Positions 26,149-36,398 of a DNA stretch of 64,000 nt are shown here, piece by piece. The notes below the pieces were generated by a model, which saw only the letters and a list, made by a program, of their open reading frames with translations, was not told where the DNA came from and did not search any database. Position 1 is the first letter of the stretch. The number at the start of each line of letters is the position of its first letter. Source of the stretch: Bacilli bacterium (GTDB lineage Bacteria > Bacillota_I > Bacilli_A > RF39 > UBA660); contig JAEDES010000004.1 of assembly GCA_016293205.1 (NCBI GenBank), positions 4,321 to 68,320 on the forward strand, given 5' to 3'. Both the position numbers and the translations under genes were made by a program.

Positions 26149-26171
26149 AATAAAAAAGGGCTTTGGCCCTT
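26145..26171 (-). terminator. rho-independent terminator after rfbA
   Basis: AAAGGGC-CAAA-GCCCTTT followed by TTTTTTATTT on minus. Confidence 0.85.
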
Positions 26172-26180
26172 TAAAGATTT

Positions 26181-27047
26181 CTAATCTTTTGCTATTTCCA
26201 TTAGATATTTTCCATAATCGCTAGCTTTTAATTCTTTAGCTCTTTCTAATAATTTTTCTTTATCAATAAATCCTTTGTGGTAGGCAATTTCTTCTAAGCA
26301 AGCAATGTATAATCCTTGTTGAGATTGTACTGCTTCAACAAATGCAGATGCTTTTTGCATATTTTCTGGTGTTCCAGTATCTAGCCAAGCCATTCCTCTA
26401 CCAAGCAATTTAACTTTTAATTGCTTTCTGTTCAAATATTCATTATTAATAGCCGTAATTTCAATTTCATTTCTTTTTGATGGCTTAACATTTTTTGCAA
26501 TTTCAATTACGTCATTATCGTAGAAATATAAGCCTGGAACAGCATAGTTTGATTTAGGCTCTTCTGGTTTTTCTTCAATTGAAAGAACGTTTCCTTTATC
26601 ATCAAATTCTACTACACCGAATGCTTTTGGATTTCTAACTGGGTATCCAAATATTGTGGCACCTTTTTTTCTTTTTATAGCGTCTTCTATAGCTATAGTA
26701 ATACCGCCACCATAGAATATGTTATCACCTAAAATAAGGCATACACTATCTTTTCCAATAAACTCTTCTCCTATTATGAATGCATCCGCTAAGCCTCTAG
26801 GCTCTAATTGAATCTTATATGATAAGTTGATTCCAAAGTTACTTCCATCACCTAATAGTTCCTCATATGCTGGTGTATCTTTTGGTGTTGATATAATTAG
26901 AATATCTTTTATTCCAGCTAACATAAGAACTGATAACGGATAATAGATCATTGGTTTATCATATATCGGTAATAATTGCTTTGATGTCATCATTGTCATG
27001 GGATATAGTCTAGTACCTTTTCCTCCTGCTAAAATAATTCCTTTCAT
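26181..27047 (-). CDS. rfbA: glucose-1-phosphate thymidylyltransferase
   Basis: [18 protein letters not shown] and LGDNIFYG. Start moved to the ATG at 27045-27047, preceded by an AGGAG RBS. Confidence 0.95.
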   Translation of the reverse strand: MKGIILAGGKGTRLYPMTMMTSKQLLPIYDKPMIYYPLSVLMLAGIKDILIISTPKDTPAYEELLGDGSNFGINLSYKIQLEPRGLADAFIIGEEFIGKDSVCLILGDNIFYGGGITIAIEDAIKRKKGATIFGYPVRNPKAFGVVEFDDKGNVLSIEEKPEEPKSNYAVPGLYFYDNDVIEIAKNVKPSKRNEIEITAINNEYLNRKQLKVKLLGRGMAWLDTGTPENMQKASAFVEAVQSQQGLYIACLEEIAYHKGFIDKEKLLERAKELKASDYGKYLMEIAKD

Positions 27048-27070
27048 TTTTGTATCTCCTTTCAAAAAAA

Positions 27071-27805
27071 TCATTTCATTTGTTTATTATAATATTCATT
27101 ACAAATTTCTTTTGCACTACCTATTTTAACTAATGTTCCATTTTCAATCCATACTACTCTATCACATAATTCTTTAATTGATTCAAGTGAATGTGATACA
27201 TATAATACAGTTGTTCCTCCTTTGATCATTTCCATCATTTTATTTTTACTTTTTTCTTGAAATTTAATATCACCAACTGATAATATTTCGTCAACAATTA
27301 ATATTTCTGGTTCTACTACAGTAGCGATAGAAAAAGCTAATTTAGCAATCATTCCTGAAGAGAAGTTTTTAACTGGTACATCCAAAAAATCTTTTAGTTC
27401 TGAAAATTCTACTATTTCGTTGAATTTTTCGTCTATGAATTTTTTAGAATACCCTAAAATTGCCCCATTTAAATAAATATTTTCTCTAGCAGTTAATTCA
27501 AGGTCAAAACCAGCACCTAATTCTATCATTGGCGAAATAACGCCATTTACTGTTACTTTTCCTTTAGTTGGTTTCATAACTCCACTTACTACTTTAAGTA
27601 AAGTTGATTTTCCAGCACCATTACTTCCAATTAACCCAATTACCTCGCCTGGTTTTACATCAAAAGAAATGTTTTTCAACGCCCAAAAATCAGTTTTCTT
27701 TGGTCTTCTTTTTCTATCAAATATTGAAATGAATGCTTCTTTTATGGAGAAGTTTTTTTCAATACCTAAGTTAAATTTCATCGATACATTTTCTATTTTA
27801 ATCAT
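27071..27805 (-). CDS. tagH: ABC transporter ATP-binding protein, TagH/Wzt-type polysaccharide or teichoic-acid exporter
   Basis: Walker [10 protein letters not shown], signature FSSGM, Walker B ILIVDE. No C-terminal carbohydrate-binding extension. Confidence 0.88.
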   Translation of the reverse strand: MIKIENVSMKFNLGIEKNFSIKEAFISIFDRKRRPKKTDFWALKNISFDVKPGEVIGLIGSNGAGKSTLLKVVSGVMKPTKGKVTVNGVISPMIELGAGFDLELTARENIYLNGAILGYSKKFIDEKFNEIVEFSELKDFLDVPVKNFSSGMIAKLAFSIATVVEPEILIVDEILSVGDIKFQEKSKNKMMEMIKGGTTVLYVSHSLESIKELCDRVVWIENGTLVKIGSAKEICNEYYNKQMK

Positions 27806-27818
27806 TTAATAACTCCTC

Positions 27819-28631
27819 TTAAATATAATATATAAATTTGTCTTGTTTTTTCTTAAATACTATTGTTCCAACAACTAATGCAATTATTGCATAAACAACA
27901 CATAATATTAGGTTTAATGCTGATGGGCAATTTCCATATAGAACAATACTTCTTGTTGCTGTCAAGAATTGATATAATGGATTAAATTGAAATAAGAATT
28001 GTAATTTATCTGGTATAATTTCTATGCTATAAAATATTGGAGTAAAGTATTGCCATATAGTTGTAATAATTCCATAGATATAGAAAATATCTCTTAAAAA
28101 AACTGATGTGCATGCTAAAAATAATCCTATTCCTATTGTGAACAAGAATAAGCATAAAAATATTAGTGGTAATAATAAATAATAAAAATTAATCGATGCC
28201 GGATATGTACCTAAACCGAATTGTGTTAATATAATTATTGCAAACCAAGGTATTAATGTTAAAAGAAAATTTATTCCTACAAATAAACATTTTCCCAACG
28301 GAAATATGTATTTTGGAATATAAACCTTATTTATTAAACTAAAATTAGTAACAACTGAAACCATCGCGACACTTGTTGCTTCACTGAAGTATTGAAACAT
28401 AATAATTCCTGTCATTAAATACACTAAATAGTTAATTCCTTCAACTTGAAATCTAAACATATTTGAGAATACTAACGCCATTACTGCCATCATTAGAATT
28501 GGATACAGTAAGCTCCATAAAATTCCTAATACTGATCTTTTATATTTAACTTTAAAATCTCTTAAGATTAATTGACTCATTAGAAATTTAAATCTTTTAA
28601 AGTTTGCCATTATGTTTTTAAATGTTGTCAT
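27819..28631 (-). CDS. tagG: ABC-2 type transporter permease, TagG/Wzm-type
   Basis: 270 aa with six TM helices. The N-terminal LILRDFKVKYKRSVLGILWSLLYP motif is typical of ABC-2 polysaccharide exporters. Confidence 0.85.
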   Translation of the reverse strand: MTTFKNIMANFKRFKFLMSQLILRDFKVKYKRSVLGILWSLLYPILMMAVMALVFSNMFRFQVEGINYLVYLMTGIIMFQYFSEATSVAMVSVVTNFSLINKVYIPKYIFPLGKCLFVGINFLLTLIPWFAIIILTQFGLGTYPASINFYYLLLPLIFLCLFLFTIGIGLFLACTSVFLRDIFYIYGIITTIWQYFTPIFYSIEIIPDKLQFLFQFNPLYQFLTATRSIVLYGNCPSALNLILCVVYAIIALVVGTIVFKKKQDKFIYYI

Positions 28632-28665
28632 TTTACATCTCCTCTAATTACCTATGACTATTAAA

Positions 28666-28695
28666 ATTATATCATAATAAAACATTTATAGTCAA
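28666..28695 (-). promoter_or_regulatory. internal promoter for tagG-tagH-rfbA
   Basis: Minus strand: TTGACT (28695-28690), 18 nt, TGATATAAT extended -10 (28674-28666). It is preceded by a 10-of-11 bp hairpin at 28696-28724. Confidence 0.7.
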
Positions 28696-28729
28696 ATGAC
28701 CATAGGTGATTATCCTATAGTCATTGTAT

Positions 28730-29686
28730 TTATTTATCTTCTAAATTCTCAGAAATTATATATCTTGGTCTTGCTTTTGTTTCTTGATACATCTTTCCAA
28801 TATATTCTCCGATTATTCCAATACAAATCATTTGTATTCCACCTATAAACCAAATTGAAATTGATAAGAATGTCCATCCATCAACTGTATTTCCTAATAT
28901 CTTTTGTACAATAGAATATATCATAATTGCGATACTTACAAATAAAATAATAAATCCAAGAACACATATAAATCTTAAAGGTTTTGTACTAAATGATGTA
29001 ATTCCATCCCATGCAAAATTTAACATTTTCTTTAATGGATATTTAGATTCTCCTGCAAATCTTTCATTTCTTTCATAATAAACAATATCAGATTTAAATC
29101 CTACTAAAGGAAACATTCCTCTTAAAAATAAATTTACTTCTTTGTAATTTGAAAATTCTTCTAATACTCTTTTAGATGTTAGTCGATAATCTGCATGATT
29201 ATATACGCAATCTACTCCTAATTTTTTCATTACCTTGTAGAAACCTTCTGCTGTTACTCTCTTAAAGAATGTATCTTTCTTTCTGGCACTTCTCACACCA
29301 TAAACAATTTCGCATCCTTCATGATATTTATCAATCATTGCTTCTATTGCATTAATATCATCTTGAAGATCTGCATCCATACTAATTACTACATCAGCAT
29401 AGTTTTTAGCAGTCATTAGTCCACCTAGTAAGGCATTTTGATGACCCCTATTTCTTGATAGCGTAATTCCAGTAAATAATTCTTCTTTTTCATTTATTTC
29501 TTTAATTAGTTCCCAAGTCTTATCTTTTGAACCATCATTGACATACATTACTCTACTTTTGTTAGATATTTTCTTCGCTTTTATCATTGCTTGTAATTTT
29601 GTTTTTAATTGTTTTGTAGTTTCATGTAAAACTTCTTCTTCGTTATAACACGGAATTACTAAATATAGAATAGTATCTTTCTTCAT
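28730..29686 (-). CDS. GtrB/CsbB-type GT2 polyprenyl-phosphate glycosyltransferase
   Basis: LVIPCYNEEEVL, NDGSKD, DADLQDD, and two C-terminal TM helices. Start at the ATG at 29684-29686 after GAGGTGA. Confidence 0.85.
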   Translation of the reverse strand: MKKDTILYLVIPCYNEEEVLHETTKQLKTKLQAMIKAKKISNKSRVMYVNDGSKDKTWELIKEINEKEELFTGITLSRNRGHQNALLGGLMTAKNYADVVISMDADLQDDINAIEAMIDKYHEGCEIVYGVRSARKKDTFFKRVTAEGFYKVMKKLGVDCVYNHADYRLTSKRVLEEFSNYKEVNLFLRGMFPLVGFKSDIVYYERNERFAGESKYPLKKMLNFAWDGITSFSTKPLRFICVLGFIILFVSIAIMIYSIVQKILGNTVDGWTFLSISIWFIGGIQMICIGIIGEYIGKMYQETKARPRYIISENLEDK

Positions 29687-29819
29687 CTTTCTCACCTCAA
29701 TAATTTTCATTTCTTTTATCTCATTAGCTATAGTCTTGTTTTCAAACTAAAATATTATAGTAAATATTGATATAAATACTACTAAAAATATACTGTATAA
29801 TTTATTTTTTAAATTATCA

Positions 29820-31910
29820 CTACTTTCTTAATAAAAATTGTAGTACTTTATTATCTTTATCATCTGTTGCAACAAAGTTTGTAATAAAAGTAGCACATTC
29901 TTTTCCTTCAAATTGTTTAAAAGTTTTGTAACTATCTGCATATTGGGGTTCATTATTCTTATAATTTAAATATGTATTTTTTAATGATCTATAAAACTCA
30001 TTAAAATTTGTCATAAATGCTAATAATAAAATAACTATTAAGAATTTTTGTTTTAAGAATACTTTTTTATCTTTCTTATTTATTTCATCTAAATATTTTA
30101 GTACTAATATATATAATACTAATAATAATGGAATTGTTGCCCTATTTCCTAAATCTGCTCCGCCAATGTAAAATAGTGGGGCTATTGTAAAAAATAGGAA
30201 ACACATAATAATTTGTTTATAATTCTTTTTATTAATTATTATTATGTATATGAAAAATTCTAAAACTATAAAGGCTATGTAGTTAATTAGAACTTCTTTT
30301 AAATTACCATTATTTATTGCATCTACTATTCTCATTCCTTTTAAAGACTCATTTAATGTATACATGAACACAACTGGTAATACAGAAATACATCCAAAAA
30401 AGTTCTCTATAGTTAATAATGATTTAATTCTGTCAAAATCAATAAACTTATCTAATCTTTTTCCAAAAATTATATAAGTAAATATTAAGTATAAAAATCC
30501 TAGCATTGGAAATGGTCCATATGGAACTAATAAGGCAAAGTAAAATCCACATTTCCTATAATCTTTTTCTTGTAAGAATAGCATTACTAATATCCATGTT
30601 GGTATGCTTTGATTAAACACCCAAAATAGTTGAGTAATAAAGCTAGACATACAGAATGATCCCATAGATGTATCTATATGAGTTGTACCAATAGCAGGTA
30701 GAGTCGAATGATAATAGTAATTTTGAATAACTAAATGTCCTATAATATTTAATCCACCAAAGGCAATAAATATAAAGAAATATCTATATTTTATATTTTT
30801 CATAAATCTCACCAAGTAATAGAAAAATATAAGTGTTCCTATTGTTTGCCATAATAACATAAATAATGATCCAACTTTAAATCCTAATATTTTTCCAACA
30901 GCTGCTCCTGGTAACCAAAAAGCAAAGTAATAATTTAAAAATCCTGCATTTCCAAATATTTTACTTTCATATGCAAGGTTGGAATAATCATATCTTACTG
31001 GCCATGAATTATAGATAAGGTCTTTAAAAATTGCGTTTCTTCCGTGATAATCCCAATTTTGTTGAAATATTCCACCAGCTCCTGACATTAAATTTAATAC
31101 AATTATCATCAATACAAAAAATATTATTTTTTTCTTATTAAATATTGTTTGGTATTCTTCTTGAGTTAGTGGTTTAAACTTTTTTATCGTTAAGTATGTT
31201 GCCGTAAACAACATTATTATACAAGGAATAGAAATTAGTCTATTAAACCAAAAGAATAATTGCATTGATATTGGAATAACTAAATATAATAGACCAAATA
31301 TCAATAAATATTTATCCCAGTTAATTTTTTTTTTAATATTTCCTTCTCTATCATCTTTTAAATCGTAGATAGTATTCTTTTTTACTAAATATGCATCAAT
31401 AGATAAATCCATCATTGGCTTATCTGACATTGAATCTGAATAAAAAGCTTTTAAATTTTTATACTCTGTCTCTTCTAAAAATCTCTTCACCTTTTCTTTA
31501 CCATGACAATTTTTTGATTCAAATTTTCCTGTGTACTTATTTACTTTTGTTGCAATTATTTTTACTTTTAATTTTTTTTCTAATGGTTTAAGTAAAAATT
31601 CAGGCGACGCTGAAATAATTACATCAGATTTATCTTTTTGTTTTAAATACCATTGTTTAATTTTAGAGTAGTTAATTTTCCAAAAATCTTTAATGTAATC
31701 ATCTACATTATCAATTCTTTTTAAAAACGAGAAAATATATTCTTTACATTTTGTTTTATCTATTAATCCTAATATATATAAAATTAGTCCATATATTTGA
31801 ATGGGTAGATTTAAAAGCACTTTTTTATTTCTTTTAACTGAATATAAATAAAAGTCTACACTTGAGTCTCCATCATATATTGTTTCATCAAAATCATATC
31901 CATTTATCAT
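29820..31910 (-). CDS. HAD-family phosphatase domain (N-terminal ~195 aa) fused to a ~500-aa polytopic membrane domain (putative GT-C-like transferase)
   Basis: HAD motifs DFDETIYDG (DxDxT), ISASP, and K...YSDSMSDKP. About 13 hydrophobic helices follow. ATGA overlap with the upstream UbiA-like gene. Confidence 0.7.
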   Translation of the reverse strand: MINGYDFDETIYDGDSSVDFYLYSVKRNKKVLLNLPIQIYGLILYILGLIDKTKCKEYIFSFLKRIDNVDDYIKDFWKINYSKIKQWYLKQKDKSDVIISASPEFLLKPLEKKLKVKIIATKVNKYTGKFESKNCHGKEKVKRFLEETEYKNLKAFYSDSMSDKPMMDLSIDAYLVKKNTIYDLKDDREGNIKKKINWDKYLLIFGLLYLVIPISMQLFFWFNRLISIPCIIMLFTATYLTIKKFKPLTQEEYQTIFNKKKIIFFVLMIIVLNLMSGAGGIFQQNWDYHGRNAIFKDLIYNSWPVRYDYSNLAYESKIFGNAGFLNYYFAFWLPGAAVGKILGFKVGSLFMLLWQTIGTLIFFYYLVRFMKNIKYRYFFIFIAFGGLNIIGHLVIQNYYYHSTLPAIGTTHIDTSMGSFCMSSFITQLFWVFNQSIPTWILVMLFLQEKDYRKCGFYFALLVPYGPFPMLGFLYLIFTYIIFGKRLDKFIDFDRIKSLLTIENFFGCISVLPVVFMYTLNESLKGMRIVDAINNGNLKEVLINYIAFIVLEFFIYIIIINKKNYKQIIMCFLFFTIAPLFYIGGADLGNRATIPLLLVLYILVLKYLDEINKKDKKVFLKQKFLIVILLLAFMTNFNEFYRSLKNTYLNYKNNEPQYADSYKTFKQFEGKECATFITNFVATDDKDNKVLQFLLRK

Positions 31911-32779
31911 AATAAATATAGCACTCCCCCCATAATTAAGACATATAATATAACGGTCCCAATCAATATCTTATCACCTAGTATTACTTCTATTGGATCT
32001 CCATGCGAATCCTTTTCAATATTAAGACTATATAATTGTAATATAACTAATACTAATGGTACTGTCCAAAATAAGTAATCATTTCCTATTCTAGTGATTG
32101 TGGTAGGATCTACACACCACAATGTATAAGATACTACTGCTAAAGCTAAAGAAACATACATATTTTTATCTAAAAATTCTTTATTATATAGTTCTAGTAC
32201 TTTTCTACTTTTTTCTCCATTTTTAATAATTTCGTTTCTTCTTTTACCAAAACCTAAATAAAATGATCCAAAAATTATCATTAAATATAACCATTTCGAT
32301 ACTTCAATATCATTAACTATTCCACCATACATCACTCTAAATAAGAATCCTGAAACCAAAATAACAACATCAATTATTGGTATGTGTTTTAGCCATTTGC
32401 TATATAAGATATTTAATATTAAATACACTACTGGTATTATTGCAATACCAATATTGTTATTTTTAATATAAGTAATTGTTATCATTGCTAACAATAGCAA
32501 TGATAACACAAATATTATGTTATAAGCATTTTTTATACTTATAGCACCTGATGCTAGTGGCCTATTCTTTTTTACAGGATGACTTCGATCCTTTTCTATA
32601 TCATTAATGTCATTTATTATATATACAATTGATGATGTAAATGAAAATATAAAAAAAGCTATTGTTGTTGTTAAAAGATAATTTAAATTAAATATATTTT
32701 TACTAAAGAATATTGGTAAAAAAACTAGCCCATTTTTAAGCCAATGCTTTACCCTAATTAGTTTAACGTATTTTTTCAT
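31907..32779 (-). CDS. UbiA-superfamily prenyltransferase resembling polyprenyl-phosphate 5-phosphoribosyltransferase (DPPR synthase type)
   Basis: IINDINDIEKDRSHPVKKNRPLASG plus eight to nine TM helices. Start at the ATG at 32777-32779, 7 nt after GGAGGT; the track start is a GTG two codons upstream. Confidence 0.75.
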   Translation of the reverse strand: MKKYVKLIRVKHWLKNGLVFLPIFFSKNIFNLNYLLTTTIAFFIFSFTSSIVYIINDINDIEKDRSHPVKKNRPLASGAISIKNAYNIIFVLSLLLLAMITITYIKNNNIGIAIIPVVYLILNILYSKWLKHIPIIDVVILVSGFLFRVMYGGIVNDIEVSKWLYLMIIFGSFYLGFGKRRNEIIKNGEKSRKVLELYNKEFLDKNMYVSLALAVVSYTLWCVDPTTITRIGNDYLFWTVPLVLVILQLYSLNIEKDSHGDPIEVILGDKILIGTVILYVLIMGGVLYLL

Positions 32780-35462
32780 TTGCACTTACCTCCAGTCTGT
32801 TATGATACATAACTTTTTTATTTACTTCTGATAATTCTATTGCTCTTGTGTATCTAATTTTTTTATCATTCAAATTGTAATAAAATCCATATAGTTCGGG
32901 CTTAACTAATTTAACTTGTGGATTATCCATTTTTTGAAGTGTTTTTATGTCTCTTTCTACTTCAATAAAATATCTAATATGCAAATAATTGGTTGCAAAA
33001 AAAACTAATGTGTTTAATCCTATCGCTCCAATTATTAGTAATATACCTACATATGAAATAATTTTGTTTTTAAAATATTTTACTGTAATTGTCGCTAATA
33101 AAATAGTTCCAATTACATATAAATACATTTGTGGTACATATCTTGCCCACCAATATTCACCTACTAATATCATAGAAATAATTATTGTTGCGATGGATAA
33201 AAAAACATATTTAATACTTTCTTTTTCATTCTTAACCAATTTAATTAAACATATTATAAAAACTATTGTTGAAAATATAAATATTAATGCAAAAAATGGC
33301 CCGAACCCTGCTATTCTTACATCTGGTGAAAGTAATTCACTTATTTCACTTTTATATAGTTGAGTTGGTAACTTTAACTTTGGTTCTTTTCCACTGTCTT
33401 GTAATATGTTTTGCGTTTGTGAGAATAGTGACCAAATAAACTTTTGTGGTCGAGATATTTTACTGAATATAGCTGGTTGCATTGTTGTAATGATATCAAC
33501 TTTATCTTTTCCTATTAATGGATACAACGGATTTATATGATCAATGGTATTCTTTACATATGAATTGGCACCTACTAAAAATACTGCTATACCAAAAACA
33601 ATAATGAAGTTTCTTGTTATTATTAAAAACTTGTTCCAAAAGTCTTTTTCTTTTAAATATTTAAATAACCAATAAAAATAGAACACTGCGGCAATTACTC
33701 CTGAATATAATAAACCAGTAAATTTTAAATTTACAAAAATGGAAGCGGTTGCTGCTATCATAAACCATATTAAATTATTTTGTTTTTTCATTGGATTTAT
33801 TGTAAATAATAGTAACAATTCGATTGCAAATAATATTCCCATCAGACTATCTAAATAATATGTAAATATTTGAGATAGTGTTATTGGATTTAGTGCAATT
33901 AATATAGATATTAATATTGAAAAGAACTTAGAAGTAACTTCTTTTAAAATATTATAAATTACTAATACTAGTACAATTGATAATAATAAAGTAATGCATT
34001 TTCCGCTTTCAATATTACCAGTCATACTATAAATAGCTGCTGCACTAATCCAAGTTGCTTTTGGATAATGTTCCATCCACAAATCTAATCTAGTTTCTTT
34101 TTCAATTGGAATCACATTATTATTCGTTTTTTGAAAGTCTCTTACATCTTCATATAATGGATTCCATCCATTTTTTATAAACGCAATGGATGACTTATGA
34201 TAGCTATTTCCGTCTTCTGTTAAATCATATGTATGATTATATATAAATGGTAATAATATCATCAATAGTAAGTAAATAATTGATATTATGAATTTGCTTT
34301 TTTTTGAATTATTACTCTTACAGATGTACATAATCATAGGTACAGCAATTGCTATAGTTTGAATAACAGGAAGCACTTTTGTAATACCTAATATTTGTAA
34401 TACTGAATACACCGTTAGTACAATAAAAAAATATGATAATATCATTGCACTTAACTGAAATGATGGTGATGTAGTTACGTTATTTATAATTTCGTCAATA
34501 TTTTTTTTTGATGTTTTTTCTTTCTTAAAATGATAATAATTACAATAAATCTTAGTTAATATTTTATTCTTTTCAATCGTTCTTTTTAATATACTTCTAT
34601 TTTCATAATACTTATTATCTTTATAATCAGGTATATTTTTTTCCATATATGAAAATGCTTCATTTATAAATCTATTTCCGATTTTGCTATCTTTTTGCAC
34701 TCTTTGTTGAATTGTATAATTTGTTAAAATTCTTACAGTTAGTTTATTCACAACTTCTGTTAATTCTTTATTTTTTTTAAAATTTTTTCTTATGATATCA
34801 ACAATTTTTATAATATCAAATACTCTTTCATCTCTTATAGTTGTTTCACTATTACTATGAATAACATAATAGTGAAGATATTCATTTAACTTAGAGATTT
34901 TATTGGCATTTTTAATTATTTCAGTAACAAATGGTGTGTCTTCATATTTTAATTCTTCATTAAATCTTGTATTGTTTTTATCAATCAATTCTCTTTTTAT
35001 TAGTTTATTACATGGCCCTAAATTGATATCTAACAATAGATTGGGATTTTCTTTTAATGATGACGATTTAAAATTATTAATAGTAACTTCTTTTAATGTT
35101 TCTTCTACTCTATAAAAATCAAATACTACTAAATCAGATTTTTCTTTTAGTGCTTTATTATATAATTTTTCACAAGCATTAATATCTAAGTAATCATCAC
35201 TATCTAAGAACATTAGATATTTACCCGTAGCTTTATCTATTCCAAAGTTTCTTGTTTTACCAATACCTTGATTTTTATTTTTAAAGTATTTAATTCTTTT
35301 ATCTTTATAAGATTTTATTATATCTTCTGATGAATCTGTTGAACCATCATTTATAAGAATAAATTCTAATTCCTTTTTTGTTTGATTTACTAATGAATCA
35401 ATACATTTATTTAGATATTTTTCTGCGTTATAAATTGGAACAATAATACTTATATCTTTCAT
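32763..35462 (-). CDS. GT2 glycosyltransferase (N-terminal ~300 aa) fused to a ~560-aa polytopic membrane domain
   Basis: IIVPIYNAEKYL, NDGSTD and LDSDDYL (DxD). About 13-15 TM helices follow. Confidence 0.75.
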   Translation of the reverse strand: MKDISIIVPIYNAEKYLNKCIDSLVNQTKKELEFILINDGSTDSSEDIIKSYKDKRIKYFKNKNQGIGKTRNFGIDKATGKYLMFLDSDDYLDINACEKLYNKALKEKSDLVVFDFYRVEETLKEVTINNFKSSSLKENPNLLLDINLGPCNKLIKRELIDKNNTRFNEELKYEDTPFVTEIIKNANKISKLNEYLHYYVIHSNSETTIRDERVFDIIKIVDIIRKNFKKNKELTEVVNKLTVRILTNYTIQQRVQKDSKIGNRFINEAFSYMEKNIPDYKDNKYYENRSILKRTIEKNKILTKIYCNYYHFKKEKTSKKNIDEIINNVTTSPSFQLSAMILSYFFIVLTVYSVLQILGITKVLPVIQTIAIAVPMIMYICKSNNSKKSKFIISIIYLLLMILLPFIYNHTYDLTEDGNSYHKSSIAFIKNGWNPLYEDVRDFQKTNNNVIPIEKETRLDLWMEHYPKATWISAAAIYSMTGNIESGKCITLLLSIVLVLVIYNILKEVTSKFFSILISILIALNPITLSQIFTYYLDSLMGILFAIELLLLFTINPMKKQNNLIWFMIAATASIFVNLKFTGLLYSGVIAAVFYFYWLFKYLKEKDFWNKFLIITRNFIIVFGIAVFLVGANSYVKNTIDHINPLYPLIGKDKVDIITTMQPAIFSKISRPQKFIWSLFSQTQNILQDSGKEPKLKLPTQLYKSEISELLSPDVRIAGFGPFFALIFIFSTIVFIICLIKLVKNEKESIKYVFLSIATIIISMILVGEYWWARYVPQMYLYVIGTILLATITVKYFKNKIISYVGILLIIGAIGLNTLVFFATNYLHIRYFIEVERDIKTLQKMDNPQVKLVKPELYGFYYNLNDKKIRYTRAIELSEVNKKVMYHNRLEVSANEKIR

Positions 35463-35477
35463 AAGATCCCTACTTTC

Positions 35478-36398
35478 TTATTTAGTTAATTTATAAAATA
35501 ACTTAGGTGAAATTTTTAAGAATTGTTTTTTTATTTTTCTTGGTAATGTATCTACTAATAAGTTATCATATACTTTTTCTTCTTTTAATTTTTTCTTAAA
35601 TTCTTTATAATCTTTCCCCTTTAATTCACATATCTTAAGAATAGCACTGTTAGCAGCAAAGCTTTTAAATACTTTTGAATCTAATTTTGTTTTATTTATT
35701 TCTGATACTAAATATTTATAATGTTCAAACATATCAGATACTTTTTTCTTTACTTTGTCATAATCCTTATTGTTCATTGTACTCATAGGTCTTTGAACAT
35801 AGTTATATCCAATATATTCAATACTATTAACTACATTAGCTTTTATAATTATTAATGGAATTAATCCATAGTCTTCATGAACCATACCTTGCTTAAACGC
35901 AAATTTATTTTTATTCCAGTAATCTCTTTTAATAGCATATGGACAAGCAGCATCTACAATACGATATTTACATATTTCGGTGAAGGCATCTACTCCATTT
36001 AAACCTGAGAATCCTTTTTCATTATGTTCTAAGATGCCATCTTGCCCTTCGTAAATTTCTTGCATTTGGAATCTTACAACATCTGGATTATTTTTAAGAC
36101 TTTTATTAATTTCTTTTAATAAATCTTTTCTCCAATAATCATCTGAATCTAAAAATATTAAATATTCTCCTGATGCTTTTTTTATTCCATTATTTCTAGC
36201 TGCACTTTGTCCTTGATTTTTTTGTTCTATTATTTTTACATCATATTTTTTTACAATATCCATGCTATTATCTGGTGTCCCATCATTAACAACAATTACT
36301 TCAAAGTCTTTATATGTCTGATTAAAAACACTATCAAGACATTTCTTAATATATTTTTCCACGTTATATACTGGAATAATTATACTGAACTTTGGCAT
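35478..36398 (-). CDS. GT2 glycosyltransferase
   Basis: IIIPVYNVEKYI, NDGTPD and LDSDDYW. The start codon shares 1 nt with the stop of the upstream gene. Confidence 0.85.
   Translation of the reverse strand: MPKFSIIIPVYNVEKYIKKCLDSVFNQTYKDFEVIVVNDGTPDNSMDIVKKYDVKIIEQKNQGQSAARNNGIKKASGEYLIFLDSDDYWRKDLLKEINKSLKNNPDVVRFQMQEIYEGQDGILEHNEKGFSGLNGVDAFTEICKYRIVDAACPYAIKRDYWNKNKFAFKQGMVHEDYGLIPLIIIKANVVNSIEYIGYNYVQRPMSTMNNKDYDKVKKKVSDMFEHYKYLVSEINKTKLDSKVFKSFAANSAILKICELKGKDYKEFKKKLKEEKVYDNLLVDTLPRKIKKQFLKISPKLFYKLTK

Noticed and set aside
28696-28724. The 10-of-11 bp hairpin between the GtrB-like gene and tagG, considered as an intrinsic terminator.
   Set aside because: No U-tract follows it on the coding strand; the -35 box of the tagG promoter follows directly. 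It may be an RNA processing or stability element or a weak pause site, so it is not called as a terminator.
31907-31910. Possibility of a Mollicutes/Erysipelotrichia-like alternative code with TGA read as Trp, suggested by the very low GC content.
   Set aside because: TGA terminates the UbiA-like ORF exactly at an ATGA overlap with the next start. All conserved proteins (dxs, ligA, gatA/B, rfbA/B) are full length under the standard code, with no need to read through TGA.
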